Translations under genes and position numbers: made by a program | In this document: piece by piece, positions 12,896 through 26,440 of the stretch | How positions within the stretch are numbered: position 1 is the first letter of the stretch | Layout: each line of letters starts with the position of its first letter | The notes under the pieces: generated by a model | Seen by the model: only the letters and a program-made list of their open reading frames with translations | Databases searched by the model: none | Told to the model about the DNA's origin: nothing | Origin: Antedon mediterranea | Taxonomy: Eukaryota; Animalia; Echinodermata | Length of the DNA: 64,000 bases | Reading direction: 5' to 3' | Assembly: GCF_964355755.1 (NCBI RefSeq) | Contig: NC_092674.1 | Location: 19,840,001 to 19,904,000, forward strand

Positions 12896-15800
12896 ATGAA
12901 GGTAATTCTTGAGACCGCACCTAAAGAGACATGCCCATACTTTAATGATATAGCGAGATGTGATGAATATGATAAGGTTGATGGATATGATGAGAATGAT
13001 GGAGATGATGATGAAAATGAGGATGACATGTATCAAGGACTCGCACTGCCAACTGCAATGGTAATGCAAAATAGCTCAGAGTTACATCTGTCCTTTGCTG
13101 GTTGTGGATTCCTCGGAACATACCATGTCGGAGTAATCCAGTGTTTGATGACTCATGGGAAGGGATTTATGAAGAGAATCCGAGGTGTTGGTGGCGCTTC
13201 AGCAGGGGCATTAGTAGCTGCTTTTATGATATGCTCTCCAAAGAAATTAAATGTAAGTACTGTAGGCCTATATTGTAAGAAATGCTTTATTGATACAATA
13301 ATATGAATGCATGTATGCTAACTATGTAGCATTTTTTCTTTTCATTGAAATGAAAGTTAAAATTTAACCTATAACTATTTATTAATTCATTTTTCCACAA
13401 TTTCTCTAGTTAAAGTGTCAATGCATCATAAATTACCATGATAAAAAATTATTAATTATTTGGAATATTATACTAATGCAAATAAATGTGTTCTGGCTTT
13501 ATGATAAAACACAGAATATTACACTTCACAAGTGTCTTATTTTTATTGAGGTCAATCTTGTGTATTATGAAATACAGTAATTATGAAATGTGAAAGTTGA
13601 GAAGATAAAAAAGGAAGTACAGTAAAATTGTTTTAAACTGTCCATTGTTTTCAGATAAAAACCCTTAGATGTCCTTGACATTAAACTGTACTATCCCATC
13701 TTTTGTACTGTACCTATCACTCCTGTCATTGCCTAGTAGAATACAACTAAACGAAACTTGAAAGGGACTATTGTATTAGGTTGTATAAACTTTATTTCTA
13801 AGTTTATTACTCAATTGTTGTATTGTTTTCGTCCCGCAGTTATTTATATTCAATAGAAAGAAAGCATTACCAAACTTTACGATGCGGAAGCTCATAGTTT
13901 ACGAAGGCGGAAAACTATTTTTGTTCCAAATGTCTCAATTTGTTACTGTTTGGTATAATAAATCAGTAGCATGCAAATATGCCTTTTCCCAAGATTTCTT
14001 AACACATTTCAAACACTTAATAATTAGGAAGTAAAACAAATTTATGCAGATGGGAAAAGGGTATAAGTTTAGAATTAAATAATTTATCAAGTACTTTTTC
14101 TATTTTTTTTTCTTTAGGATGGAATGCAGTTGTGTTACGACGTAGCAGATACAATACAAAGCAAACCACTGGGTGCTCTCACTCCTAACTTTAGTGTATC
14201 ACGTACGTTACACTCTGAACTTGATCGTCTTCTACCCCCAAATGCACATACGATGGCAAGTGGTCGATTATTTATTTCATTGACAATGCTGAGTAACCGC
14301 AAGAACATAATGATATCACAGTTTGAAAATAGAGATGAACTAATTCAGGTACAGTAAGACTAACATTCCATATTCTTGATGAAATATTTATTAGGCACTT
14401 TGTTTAATGTCCACCGCTTTTTCATCTACTTCATATACCACATCAAGCGCATCCAATGGCCGAGCAGTTTGGCACTGACAGTGGCTAAAGAGTAACAATA
14501 GCAATATTGTCATGGGTTCGAGGCAGACTCGCTCATAGTTCTGGCAGTTATGGTGTTGAACAAGTCTTCTTGGACTATAAACTGTAGGTCCAGTGTACAT
14601 AGTTTGCTCGTGTTCGAACCCAGTTCACCTTTCGAGACGAGTAGCAGTGAACTTTCTTTTAAAAAGCCCCTGTGTCTGAGGACAGTAATTAATTCTTAAT
14701 CTTTGGCCATGTGCCTAAAGACTTAAAATAAGGCTATTTTCAGACCCATGGCATTAGACCGTTTTAGCGTACAACGTTACTAGCAAGGTCACATTACAAA
14801 CCGCAGGCTCTTGGCTCTTAGCTAGGCCTAAAAGGGGACGAGATTGTAGTCACTATGTTTAAATACAAGGTGCATTTATGTAGTCATTTGTTAGAAAATA
14901 TATGGTAATCAGTTGATAAATTTAGTTTTTAGCCTAGTGTTTTTTAACAGTTGTATTTGTAGCCTGTAGGCTATATTTATTCTGGCTTTTTTGTTGTTGA
15001 AATCCATCTCTCACGCATTGCCGATACAAGATGTCAGCCTAGGTCAAACCTTGTTTCGCGTCATGACAGGAAACGTTCTGATTGGATATAACGTTGACTT
15101 ACAGTAGCGTCGTACGCTAAAATGGTACTATCAACCGTTTTCCACTACAACGCCACAACAGTTTACGACGCGTTGTACGCTAATCCCCAACTGTTCAGAC
15201 ACATTCTTTCTTAATTTCCCTGATTTACTCAATGTACAGTAGTTTTTTGTACAATATGTACCATACTGTTAATCTGTAATACTCTTTGGTCTATAATAAT
15301 TAATATACTCTACTGCATTTATACATTATACTGCATTTATACACTGACCTGTACAATACATTACATTTACAATTGAATGATTGAAGGACAGCAAAAAAAA
15401 AAGTTGTAAACTTATCATAGCATTAACATGTACTTTAAAATGTAATTGTTTTCTGTTTTATAGGCGCTGTTATGTAGTTGTCACATTCCTGTCTATAGTG
15501 GCATGCAAACACCAATATTTAGGGGCAAGGTAAGATTTTAAAGCGATACAGAATTATTTAAATGTTTGTTTGATTTGCACATGATTCATGGATTTCAAAA
15601 GATAAAAGTAAAACACACCTGGTTTTTTTTTACATTACCTTTTTAAACCTATAGCTTTGAAATATTCTTAATTTATAAAAATAATTATCAAATTTAAAAG
15701 AAACAGCCTTCATTTTTCATTAAGTGTAAAAGTAAAATACATTGTCGAGTATACCCTGTACTGTACATAGCTTTACATAAAATTACAGTATGTATGTTTA

Positions 15801-18800
15801 AGAGAAATTTTTGTAAAACAGATTTGATAAATACTCATTGAGGCCACAACAATGTTATTAACGGCAGATCATCATCATACTGTAGAGGGCAGCAAGCAAC
15901 TATTGATATAACTTTCTTATGACTATGTTCTCTGTATTTTACTGTCAAATACATTGTCAAAGTTAATCATACTGTAGAGGGCAGCAAGCAAGTGATATAA
16001 CTGTTTCATCGACATGATTAGCTGTGCTCTCAATTAATCTTAATGTCAAATACATGTAGATAATCTGTCTAGCTTGGTACAAAGGATCAGAAATGGTGTT
16101 TCCGATTCTGGTCGCCTACAGTTTATGGTAATGTTTAATTGTGTTTGGCTTTGCGTAAATATTTCACATCATACCACCTTGTCTGTTTCTAGTTTATCTC
16201 TCAGTTTGCAGCCTAATTTTCTTCTTTAGTATCCTTCCTCTTTAGTTAATTGCATCTCTCTGCCTGTAGACTTATTATGGATGCTGTCTCTTCTTCTAAG
16301 ACACTTAGGATTTTTCTCTCTATGGGTTTCTAATGATGTATGTAGGCCACCCTGGTGTTGACAAAAGACCCACAGGCTTTCTCTGACCTTGTCATGTCTA
16401 CTCCTAGCTAAAAACGCTGCAATTGCCCTCACGATCAAAGCACACCGCCAACTGATGTACTCACAATTTGTTTAAAAGTTTAATTGCTTTCAAAATTAAT
16501 TTTGGTATGACGTACTGTCTACTGTACACTTTATATTTTAATTTGCAAACAAAAATGGATACAATTGGAAATAATATTTTCTTTCTTATAATAAAATATT
16601 AATGAATTTTATCCTTTAATGAAACCTTTGAACATAGGTAATTAAAACAATTTAGTAAAATTTATACAATTAGTTATGTTGCAGGATTGCTATCTGATAT
16701 AATAAATATTACTGATAAATTAAATCAGATGAAACCATTCGAACATACACAACAAAAATTATGTAATACTGGTTGCCTATTTGAAATATTTACTTCAATT
16801 TCACTGTATTTGAAAACTTAAACCTTGCAAATACTGTTTGTAGGCCCACTGTGTGTATTGTACATATTATTAGATAACTGTGAACACGGCATCAAAGCAA
16901 TTTTGCATTGTGACGTAAAGTCAGTAATGTATTGGTTTTATGAAATTGGAATTGGCTGTCACAGATTATAAAAGCTACAGAGTTTATATTTTAAAAAAGG
17001 TTATTTAAAAGACATTTATGTCAAAATATGGTTAAAACTACTTTGTTAATCAGTTTAGAAATGTGTTATTCTAGATGGCGAAATTCCAAAGCAGTATTGG
17101 ATTTCATATTCTTCTGTTCTTACAATATCTCAGTGTCTTTTTAAGTTATTGTAGGCTGTCATTGATATTAACATACTGTATCAAGAAGGATAATACAAAA
17201 CAATGCATGTTAGCCTTAAAATGGAATATCTTTGGGTCTAACTACCAATTAGTTGACCAATGAAAGGTGTTTATTTGACACTGTTATGCCTCTGGACTGA
17301 AACTGACCAATTGCTTGAACAACCAAACTATGTTCATGTCACTTTTAATTTTTTTGATCAACTGAACGCATGCCTTTGTAGTCTATTGTTGGAATATTGA
17401 TATCTCCCAACAGGTGGCCATCTCAATGTTTACTCTTGTAAGGGACATCTTATCTTTCAAAGCATTTACCTTTTTTTCCTCAACTCAATAGAAGTGTTTC
17501 ACTTTTTACACTTTCTCTTTTGATTTGTTTACTCAAACTGAAAATAATAACAATATGGGATTTGTTGTGGGATTGGTATTTTAATCCAAATAAGGAATAG
17601 TACATTTCTTCAACAAATGAATCTCCATTAATTTAAATGAATTCGAAACATTAATTATTGTTTTACTGTATATCAAAACACTTACATTGTTTTCCTGCGT
17701 TATATTATACAAATAGTTGAATTATAACATTCAATGACATCCCATATTTTTTAGAGGGCGCTATGAATCATAGAAATATATATGTTGTGATACAGCAAGT
17801 TTGACGACCAGTATTTGTTGCTACCCGAAAATTACCTAGTATTTATAACTAACATAAACACTCTTTGGGAATTTAAATTACAATCTTCAAAACAGTAGTC
17901 ATGTGATGCCAATCACATTCACATATTTACAAATACATAGGATTTTAAAATAAATTTAATTAATCAACATCAAACCGGTTGTTTCCATCTTCAATCATAT
18001 TTTTAAAGGTGCTGCTCCTAGTTTTAAACTTTGGAACAGAGCAAATATGGGTGCACTCTACACTTTTGATTGTAGAACTTTTTTATCAGCTATTGAATGG
18101 TAAAAATTCATGGAAATAATCCAGCATCATGTGATAAAATATTGCCCTGTCCCAGAATTTCAACCTGCAGCATTAAATTACATAACACAAACACTCCCAC
18201 AAATACTGCCTTGTTTTTAAAAATGAAATAGTTGGCAAAAAGTAGGAATTACCTTTTCCTGAAGCAAAGAATAAAAGATTGCACTGTAAAGCAAATATAG
18301 ATAATCTATTTTTACATTCTGAAGTTTTTTCAGGTTTTATAATTCCAATTATTCTATTTTTCTAAAATTATCTCATGTGAGGTTGATTAGTAAAAATAAT
18401 ATTTCTCATATTTTTTTATCAACATAAATTTTCTCATGTCAAATCAATTTTCTGACATTGACATCTTAGGTTGTGTTGTCCACCCTCAAGTATTTCCCAC
18501 CCTAGTATTTCAGTGTCATTGAACCTGTTGTATGCCCTCTGATATATTCATGTGATTACTAGCCAATCCATCCTAATATTATAATTTGGGCTTTTTTTAA
18601 TAAGAATGTTTTCCAGTATTAGCTTTCACCTGAATAAACATGAGTGAAATTATTTTTTTTTTTAATATATCATAGTAATTAATAACCTGCAGTATGTTAC
18701 TAATTGATGGTATACATACTGCCATTGTTTCACAACCCCCAAATGTTTTTTTTAATTCAGTATTTGGTGTAGTGGTGTGTATCTCCATCGTGGCATCATT

Positions 18801-21800
18801 TGAATAAATATTTTACAGAATTAGTAATGTATTATTACAGTAGTTTTATTAGTTTAAAACAGTATATAAAACAATCTTGCCCAAATATTGTAGATAAATC
18901 GATTTTTAAGATTATTGATTGGGCATTAGGACAGGGAGGCTGTCTAGTAAGCTAGCTGCTCAGTTGAAACAAAAACACTTGAGGAGCAGCTGCAGGTAAA
19001 AATGATCTTCACACCCAGCTTGATCTCCCAGGACCATCCTTCAACCATAGGTGAAAGTTATGTGCAATACGTGATTATATTAAGGTAGAAGAGCGGTTGG
19101 TCACCCCACCCTTCTAGGTGATTTAAAATGTGTTGGGAGTCCCACCTGCCAAGAACAGCAACGCATACACTGTCTTGCATAAGGTGTTCATTTTAGCCAA
19201 GTGTGATTGGTTTGGTGTTTCTTTAAATGCTCAATTATTAACCATGGCGATTTTACCTCACATCACACCGTTTAGGAATTTCGGAAATTTAAGACTGTTA
19301 ATTGACCAGATGAGTACAGGATATGTCTTTGTGGAAAGCAATTAATTTGTAGTTTAGTCCTTCAGTTCCTCAAGGCATATCATGCAAATGATGTGTTTTT
19401 TTAAAAACTGAATTATTTCATACCAAATAAAAAGATAAAATAAACTATTTGAATGTCTTTTTTACATAATTGGTTTCTCAAATAAATACACAGTCCTACA
19501 GGATCTATCTCAAGGATAAAAAAGTTGGGCAAAAAACAGTTGCATATTGTTCATCCAAATCTTGTAATACGTGTAGCGGGTTATTACTAGATGTATTACA
19601 TTCTAATTCATTTGAAGATAACTCAATTGTTTTTGAGTGGTTTTTGTAATATATAGTGAGTACCATTAAAGTTTTGGGGTATGTTTCATAGCGCAGAATA
19701 AACCGTTTATTAAAATTATAATACAATCCACTGCATTTCTGCTAAATTTGTGCTCCCAAATCGTAAATGTATGAAATACCAAAAATACAATGTAGGCAGT
19801 CAAACATTCAAGTTGATACAGTGGCCAATCACTAAATACAATGCACTCAGGCAGTTAAACATTCAAGTTGATACAGTGGCCAATCACTAAATACAATGCA
19901 CTCAGCAGGCAGTCAAACATTCAAGTTGATACAGTGGCCAATCACTAAATACAATGCACTCAGCAGGCAGTCAAACATTCAAGTTGATACAGTGGCCAAT
20001 CACTAAATAACCGTTTAGCTTTGCCTTTTATTTATTTTCTTTTCAGGCTGACAACGGTTATTGAAAATTTGTCTCCTTTCTGCTGCAGATAAATTAGGGT
20101 TAACTTTACTTTTCGCCAATAATCAGGTTTTTTTTTAGCAGAAACAAGATCAACTATAAAGGGTAGATGGGTATTCAGATACTCAATATTTGAAATGTAC
20201 TTTCATGTCCATGGTGATTACTAAATAAAATATGAAACTTTATCATAATAGATAGATATATACTGTACTCTGTATAGAGAGAGAGAGATTTTAAATAATA
20301 AACCAACACTGCAATGAAATTAAAGTGTTGCCAATAATATCTTTTTGAGAAAAATCAAAAACTGTTATAATTATATGCGAGGTCATATTCATTAATGTTA
20401 AACAAACATGTTCTGTCTTCGCTGTTGATTATTTTGCTTGTTGAAAAGCTGGTATAATAACTGGCCAGTGTAGCTGTCAAACAACGAACCTTTGATTTAG
20501 AGTTGTAATATTGCCCGCACCTGCCATCTGAATTGCATGACACATTCAATTTCAATTAAAATTGTTAGGCAACATGACTAGTTATGTATTGTCAATTGTA
20601 TGGACATGAATTAAGAAGAATACATTGTAGTTGTTTCAACAAAAGTAAAAGTAAAACCAGGTTCCTTTGAATTATACTTAGTTAGTTGTCATATATTTCA
20701 TATGTATGTATGTATCATATTTGTTATATGGGCAGTTCTTGTCCTATGGGCAGTTGTTCTATGGGCAGTTGTCCTATAGGTAGTTGTCTTATGGTTAGTT
20801 GTCTTATGGGTAGTTGTCTTATGGTTAGTTGTCTTATTGGTAGTTGTCTTATGGGTAGTTGTCTTATGGGTAGTTGTCTTATTGGTAGTTGTCTTATGGG
20901 TAGTTTTCCTAAGGGTAGTTTTCCTAAGGGTGGTTTTCCTAAGGGTAGTTGTCCTATGGATAGTTGTCCTATTGATAGTTGTCATATGGATAGTTGTCCT
21001 AAGGATAGTTGTCCTATTGATAGTTGTCCTATTGATAGTTGTCCTATAGGTAGTTGTCTTAAGGGTAATTGTATTATGGGTAGTTGTCCTATAGGTAGTT
21101 GTCTTATTGGTAGTTGTCTTATTGGTAGTTGTCCTATGGATAGTTGTCCTATGGATAGTTGTCCTATGGATAGTTGTCTTATTGGTAGTTGTCCTATGGA
21201 TAGTTGTCCTATGGATAGTTGTCCTATGGATAGTTGTCTTATGGATAGTTGTCCTATGGATAGTTGTCTTATGGATAGTTGTCCTATGGATAGTTGTCTT
21301 ATGGATAGTTGTCCTATGGATAGTTGTCTTATGGATAGTTGTCCTATGGATAGTTGTCCTATGGATAGTTGTCTTATGGATAGTTGTCCTATGGATAGTT
21401 GTCCTATGGATAGTTGTCCTATGGATAGTTGTCTTATGGATAGTTGTCTTATGGATAGTTGTCCTATGGATAGTTGTCTTATGGATAGTTGTCCTATGGA
21501 TAGTTGTCCTATGGATAGTTGTCTTATGGATAGTTGTCTTATGGATAGTTGTCCTATGGATAGTTGTCTTATGGATAGTTGTCCTATGGATAGTTATCTT
21601 ATGGATAGTTGTCCTATGGATAGTTGTCCTATGGATAGTTGTCTTATGGGTAATTGTATTATAGGTAATTGTCTTATGGATACTAGTTTTCCTATGGGTA
21701 GTTGTCCTATGTGTAGTTTTTCTATGAGTATGTTTCCTATAGATAGTTTATATCCTATGTGTTGTTGTCCTATGGATAGTTGTCTTATGGTTAGTTGTCT

Positions 21801-23991
21801 TATGGTTAGTTGTCCTATGGATAGTTGTCCTATGGATAGTTGTCCTATGGATAGTTGTCTTATGGTTAGTTGTCCTATGGATAGTTGTCTTATGGTTAGT
21901 TGTCCTATGGATAGTTGTCTTATGGATAGTTGTCCTATGGATAGTTGTCCTATGGATAATTGTCTTATGGGTAATTGTATTATAGGTAATTGTCTTATGG
22001 ATACTAGTTTTCCTATGGGTCGTTGTCCTATGTGTAGTTTTCCTATGAGTATGTTTCCTATAGATAGTTTATATCCTATGTGTTGTCCTATGGATAGTTG
22101 TCTATGGGTAGTTGCTCTGCTGGTGATCATATGGGTAGTGGTCCTATAGAATTGTTTATATGGGTACAATAGTTGCCCTATGGATAGTTAGTTTTCCTCC
22201 TGGTGTAGTTATTTTTAAGGGGATGTTGAGGGATAATTCTCTGCATGGTAGTTTGTTCAAGAGGTACAATAATTGTCCATAGGTCATCATTGTCCATTGA
22301 CGTCCTAATACAGATTATACATTTCTCATGGAAAATTGTTATACTGATTTTAACAATGTGTAGTAGTTAAATACAATACTGCTTTAAAAGAAAAGTCATT
22401 TGATAAAAACTGTCCGGAATTTTACATCCAGCCAAGCCCAATGGAAACATGATATCCATCAGGTAGACAGACACTGTCAGTGGGCTCTGCGCATCCTTTT
22501 TTCACTGGTGTCTCACAGACAATGATAGGGCCTACGACCTTGTAGATCTGATTTTTAATTTTTGATAACTAGGCTGTGATGAGATTGTATCAGAAATAAG
22601 CCAATAAAAACTTGAAAAGACCCAATGGGACTTTATGTCCAGCACAGGACACCTGTTAACCAACACGTTTAACTCTATTTCACAGTGTTTGCCCCACTTT
22701 GGCCCAATTAGGAATCACTATGAACATGTACAGTAAATTCACAGAAATTGCAACACTTTAGTGACTAACTAAAGCACTGTTACTATGTAGAGTTTTACTT
22801 ATTTATACACTTTGTATGTTTTGTTTATTAATTTTCTCTGTACAGTACTATTTTGAAGATAAAAAACATGTTTTTTTCAATGAGTGACTACATAATTTGA
22901 CAGGTGACCGATCAGGCGGAATGTTTTCTTTTTTTTTAATGATCTCTATAATAATAGTGTAGTAACTGTAATCAACAGGGTACGAAATATATCAATTACT
23001 GAATATTTTTCACCTGGTACAATTGGAATGTATATTATATATGTCTATTGCTATTTTGATGAGCATGTCACTGGATGGACCCTGTTGTTATATAATCAGT
23101 CGTTGATTGCATCATTTTAAATGTTCACTGATTTCCAAGGTTTACTGATGTAAAGTAATTAGTGCAAAATAATTGGAGTTTAATTAGAGGTACCAGACAT
23201 TTTAGTTGTGTGCAGTAAATTCATTTTTATATTAACTATATCGAATCATTTCAAGTTGATAGATAGACTAAGTGTTCCACATTTCATTTATACATTTTTC
23301 TCAGCCAAGGATAATGTAAATGATGTAGGACAATACAACTGTGTAATCTACATTACAGTATAATGAATTAGTTTGAAAAAAATGTTGTTCCATAAACTTT
23401 TGAAGATTGTCACACCCAAAAATCATAAAAGATATAATAATGCTTTGGATAGGCCATGTTAAATTTTGTAATAAAGTTGTTTACTTGTGCCAAAAAATAA
23501 ATGAACAAAAACAATGATTTTACTTTAAAATAAAAATCAAAACCTGATAACAAATAATGTGAATGCCTTTGGAATTGAGTTGCATGAGAAAATAAGTTTA
23601 ATTCAGAACAACTAAGTAGACTGTGTGTTGTGTATAACTAATGTTTTATATTATAAATCATTTTCATTCGTAGAAATGTATGGATGGAGGGATGTCGTGG
23701 AATCAACCAGCAATGCCATCTGCAAAAACCATCTTTGTCTCACCATTCTGCGGTTCAAAACAACAGATCTGCCCAAGTGATGAAACTTGGTTTGACCTGA
23801 GCTACGACATTTTTGGGCATAGTTTTAAAGTGAGTGCACTGAATGTAGTGCGTGGCGTGCAGGCACTGTTCCCTCCACATAGATCAGTACTTGAGAAGTA
23901 CTACCATAAGGGAGTGCAAGATGCTAGAGTGTTCCTGTTCAAGAATCAGCTGTATGAACATGAACTGGAGACAGACTTGGAGCTTGAATAG
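12896..23991 (+). CDS. PNPLA4: Patatin-like phospholipase domain-containing protein 4 (PNPLA4/GS2-like), ~323 aa, 4 coding exons
   Basis: Exons 12896-13252, 14118-14348, 15464-15529 and 23674-23991, all phase-0 GT-AG. Motifs: LSFAGCGFLGTYHVG (oxyanion loop), GASAG (catalytic Ser), ALLCSCHIPVYSG, DGG (catalytic Asp), VSPFCG, QALFPP. The protein ends just after the patatin domain, like PNPLA4 and unlike PNPLA2/3. The start codon is uncertain because downstream in-frame ATGs exist. Confidence 0.9.
14450..14680 (+). mobile_element. Degenerate tRNA-derived SINE (same family as 53684-53995)
   Basis: A-box TGGCCGAGCAG (14457), B-box GGTTCGAGG (14515), and core GGACTATAAACTGTAGGTCCAGTGTACA...CTTTCGAGACGAGTAG shared with the ECT2-intron copy. 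Confidence 0.75.
14755..15130. mobile_element. MITE in PNPLA4 intron 2
   Basis: TAGACCGTTTTAGCGTACAACGTTACT is the inverted copy of AGTAGCGTCGTACGCTAAAATGGTACTA. Confidence 0.55.
19783..20008. repeat. Tandem repeat, ~58-bp unit, about 4 copies
   Basis: Unit GCAGGCAGTCAAACATTCAAGTTGATACAGTGGCCAATCACTAAATACAATGCACTCA repeated almost perfectly. Confidence 0.95.
20716..22200. repeat. 15-bp minisatellite (ATGGATAGTTGTCYT)n, roughly 95-100 units, in PNPLA4 intron 3
   Basis: Directly visible periodicity, homogeneous core 21130-21645, degenerate edges. It explains the spurious repetitive ORFs in several frames. Confidence 0.97.
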
Positions 23992-24511
23992 ATTATACAA
24001 TAACCTCTTTTAAATCCAGTTCTATTTCACCGAAAATAACTGAAGTCAACCAATTACAATCACGTTAACTGATCCTTTGGTTAGTGTGGGTTGATGAATT
24101 TGCTTTTTTCGTTGACAGTTTCAACTCCGCTTTGTCTTCAACTCATGAAAATATTATCCCCATTTAACTCATAAACATTCATTATTTGTCTTATAACACT
24201 TAATGTTCTACTTTTATTCAATTAATACGCCACCAAAAATTCAGTACTCAGATTTTGTTTTAAATATTATTGGTGCTACTTAGACGAGCTGTTTGTGTAG
24301 CATTACATACACATTTTATTTTATAAATATTTGTATTTTCTAATACTCATCACTGAAGTGTAAATTAGAAGGTACTAACTACTCAATAATATTTTTAATA
24401 TCATAATTTCCTAAAAAATGTTTTGTTATGATGTAGTTTTTGTTAAGATAATTGATACAAAACGTTTTAGTGCTTTTTAATAGTTTATATATATAAGTAT
24501 TATATTAAACA

Positions 24512-24513
<2 letters not shown>

Positions 24514-24547
<34 letters not shown>

Positions 24548-24583
24548 ACATCAGGCAATGAACATATATATATATATATATAT
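24514..24583. repeat. Two (TA)n microsatellites downstream of PNPLA4
   Basis: (AT) runs at about 24514-24544 and 24563-24583. Confidence 0.9.
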
Positions 24584-26440
24584 TAATTATTATTGATGTG
24601 GCACCAAAAAGTGCAAGTATTACACATTTATAGTTGATACATAATATAGTTGAACATAATTAGAGTTTATTATTATAAAAATGTTTGTAATACAAATATA
24701 TAATGTAAGATATTTGCTCAATGAACTAGATAAATTTCATAAAAAAAGACTCAATTGAATAATAATAACAACCTTATTTTCAATACCATAAGATCAAAGA
24801 GTATACATTATAGAGTATACAGAGCTATAGTATGTTGACCAAAAGTGCCACTGTTTCACAATGTGCTTTTTTATAAATTAACCAAAATTAGGAACATTCC
24901 AAAGATTGTACATTGATAAACCAAGCCAAATTGAATAACTTCATCATGGTGTTTTGTGCTCTAAGACTAACAGATCACACAGTATTATTGCAAACTTTAT
25001 TTGCACCTCATTTATTTATTCTAAATATCTCCTGAGGAGAAACAAGTATGTAAAATATGTTTAACATGGTTTAAAAGATAGTAATAATTTACAAAATACT
25101 GTTTAAATCTAAGTTATTGTAAAATATGATTGATGATAATAATATACAAATGTGCTCAACTCACAGTATTCAAGAAAAGCTTCCAAAAACAATAACATCT
25201 TTATAAAAATAATACAAATACAATAATTATGTAGAATAATGATGTAAAATAATAGAATATTATTTTTTTAAATATTTTAGCAAGCACCCATGTCTACTCT
25301 GCCAAATCCAAGTTAAACTTACATGTTTTAATGTATTGGTAGCCTGACACATTTTAAAATATGATTTTTTCATAAATACGATGGTATTGCATGATAAACC
25401 CCGCAAACCTAACAAAAATAGAAAATCCTATTGAACAGAAATAAAACATTGAATCGTGTAGTGTACAACTCACTGTCAGTCAAATCAAATTTGAAATTTG
25501 TGTTTTTAACTACAGTACTTTTCTAAATACGATGAGATACATTCAGGAATATAAATCAATGCAACTTAAATTTAATAGTCGGTTTTATTTTCTCTTTCTA
25601 AAAATGTGCATTTCACATTCACAATAGCTTGTTTTTCCGATTTATTCTATTTTTTCTACTTTCTAAGTTATTCCTTAGAGATATTAAAATTTAAACGTAA
25701 CAATGCAAAAACATTTTTTTCTAAATCATGTAAATATTTCTATTTCTAGTAGTTTAGGATTTGTTCAATTGTTTTGATTTATATTGTATTTATAGTTGCT
25801 AAAATCAATTTTATTGATTCAGAGTCTGAAATAATATCAATGCAAATGTAAGATTTAATTTTGTGAATTACTGGTCCATTCAAAACGAGATATAATCTTC
25901 GAACCTTGAACAATTCAGTAAATATTAATAAAATAAACAATTTGTGCACAATCTACTAGGCCTACTCTGTTTTGTTTTGTGTGTGGAAATGTACAACGTT
26001 GCAATTCAATTAACATAGTACCAGTGTGAATGAGTGGTATATTGTAGATGATGCAAAACGTCTTTTTTCAGGGAAGAGTGTTTACCATGCATGCGTATCC
26101 GTGAGATTAGTTTTAATATCATAAATTGTTGATACGTGTACAGTTTCCTCTTCCCTGGTACGTGTTAACAATTTACAAACTATCGATAAAAAAAAAAGTC
26201 CATACTTAGTTCTAGGTCAGAAATGTCGCAAGCACGTGTGAGGAAGTATAAAACGGATAATAATAGGATCTAATATAATAGTAATTCGCTAATATTATTA
26301 ATATATACAGTAAATAATATATTTTTCAGATATATGAATTGTGTAAAAAAATTATCAAAATTTCAGATGTTATTGGTAACGGAATGGGCTGGCCTAGTTT
26401 AGATGATATAGTATATTTATGAATTGAATAAGACCATAAA

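Noticed and set aside
15872-16000. Duplicated ATCATACTGTAGAGGGCAGCAAGCAA as paired CTCF-like sites
   Set aside because: Only a partial motif match. It is most simply a small local tandem duplication.
16080-16470. Purine-rich minus-strand stretch with a 70-aa ORF, a possible LINE ORF1 relic or nested gene
   Set aside because: No recognisable motif, splice structure or continuation. It would need BLASTX to assign.
20686-22169. 487-aa Cys-rich ORF (MDSCP/MDSCL)n and overlapping repetitive ORFs, resembling a metallothionein- or keratin-associated protein
   Set aside because: These are by-products of a 15-bp minisatellite. Several frames on both strands are open, there is no unique coding sequence or signal peptide, and it lies in an intron.
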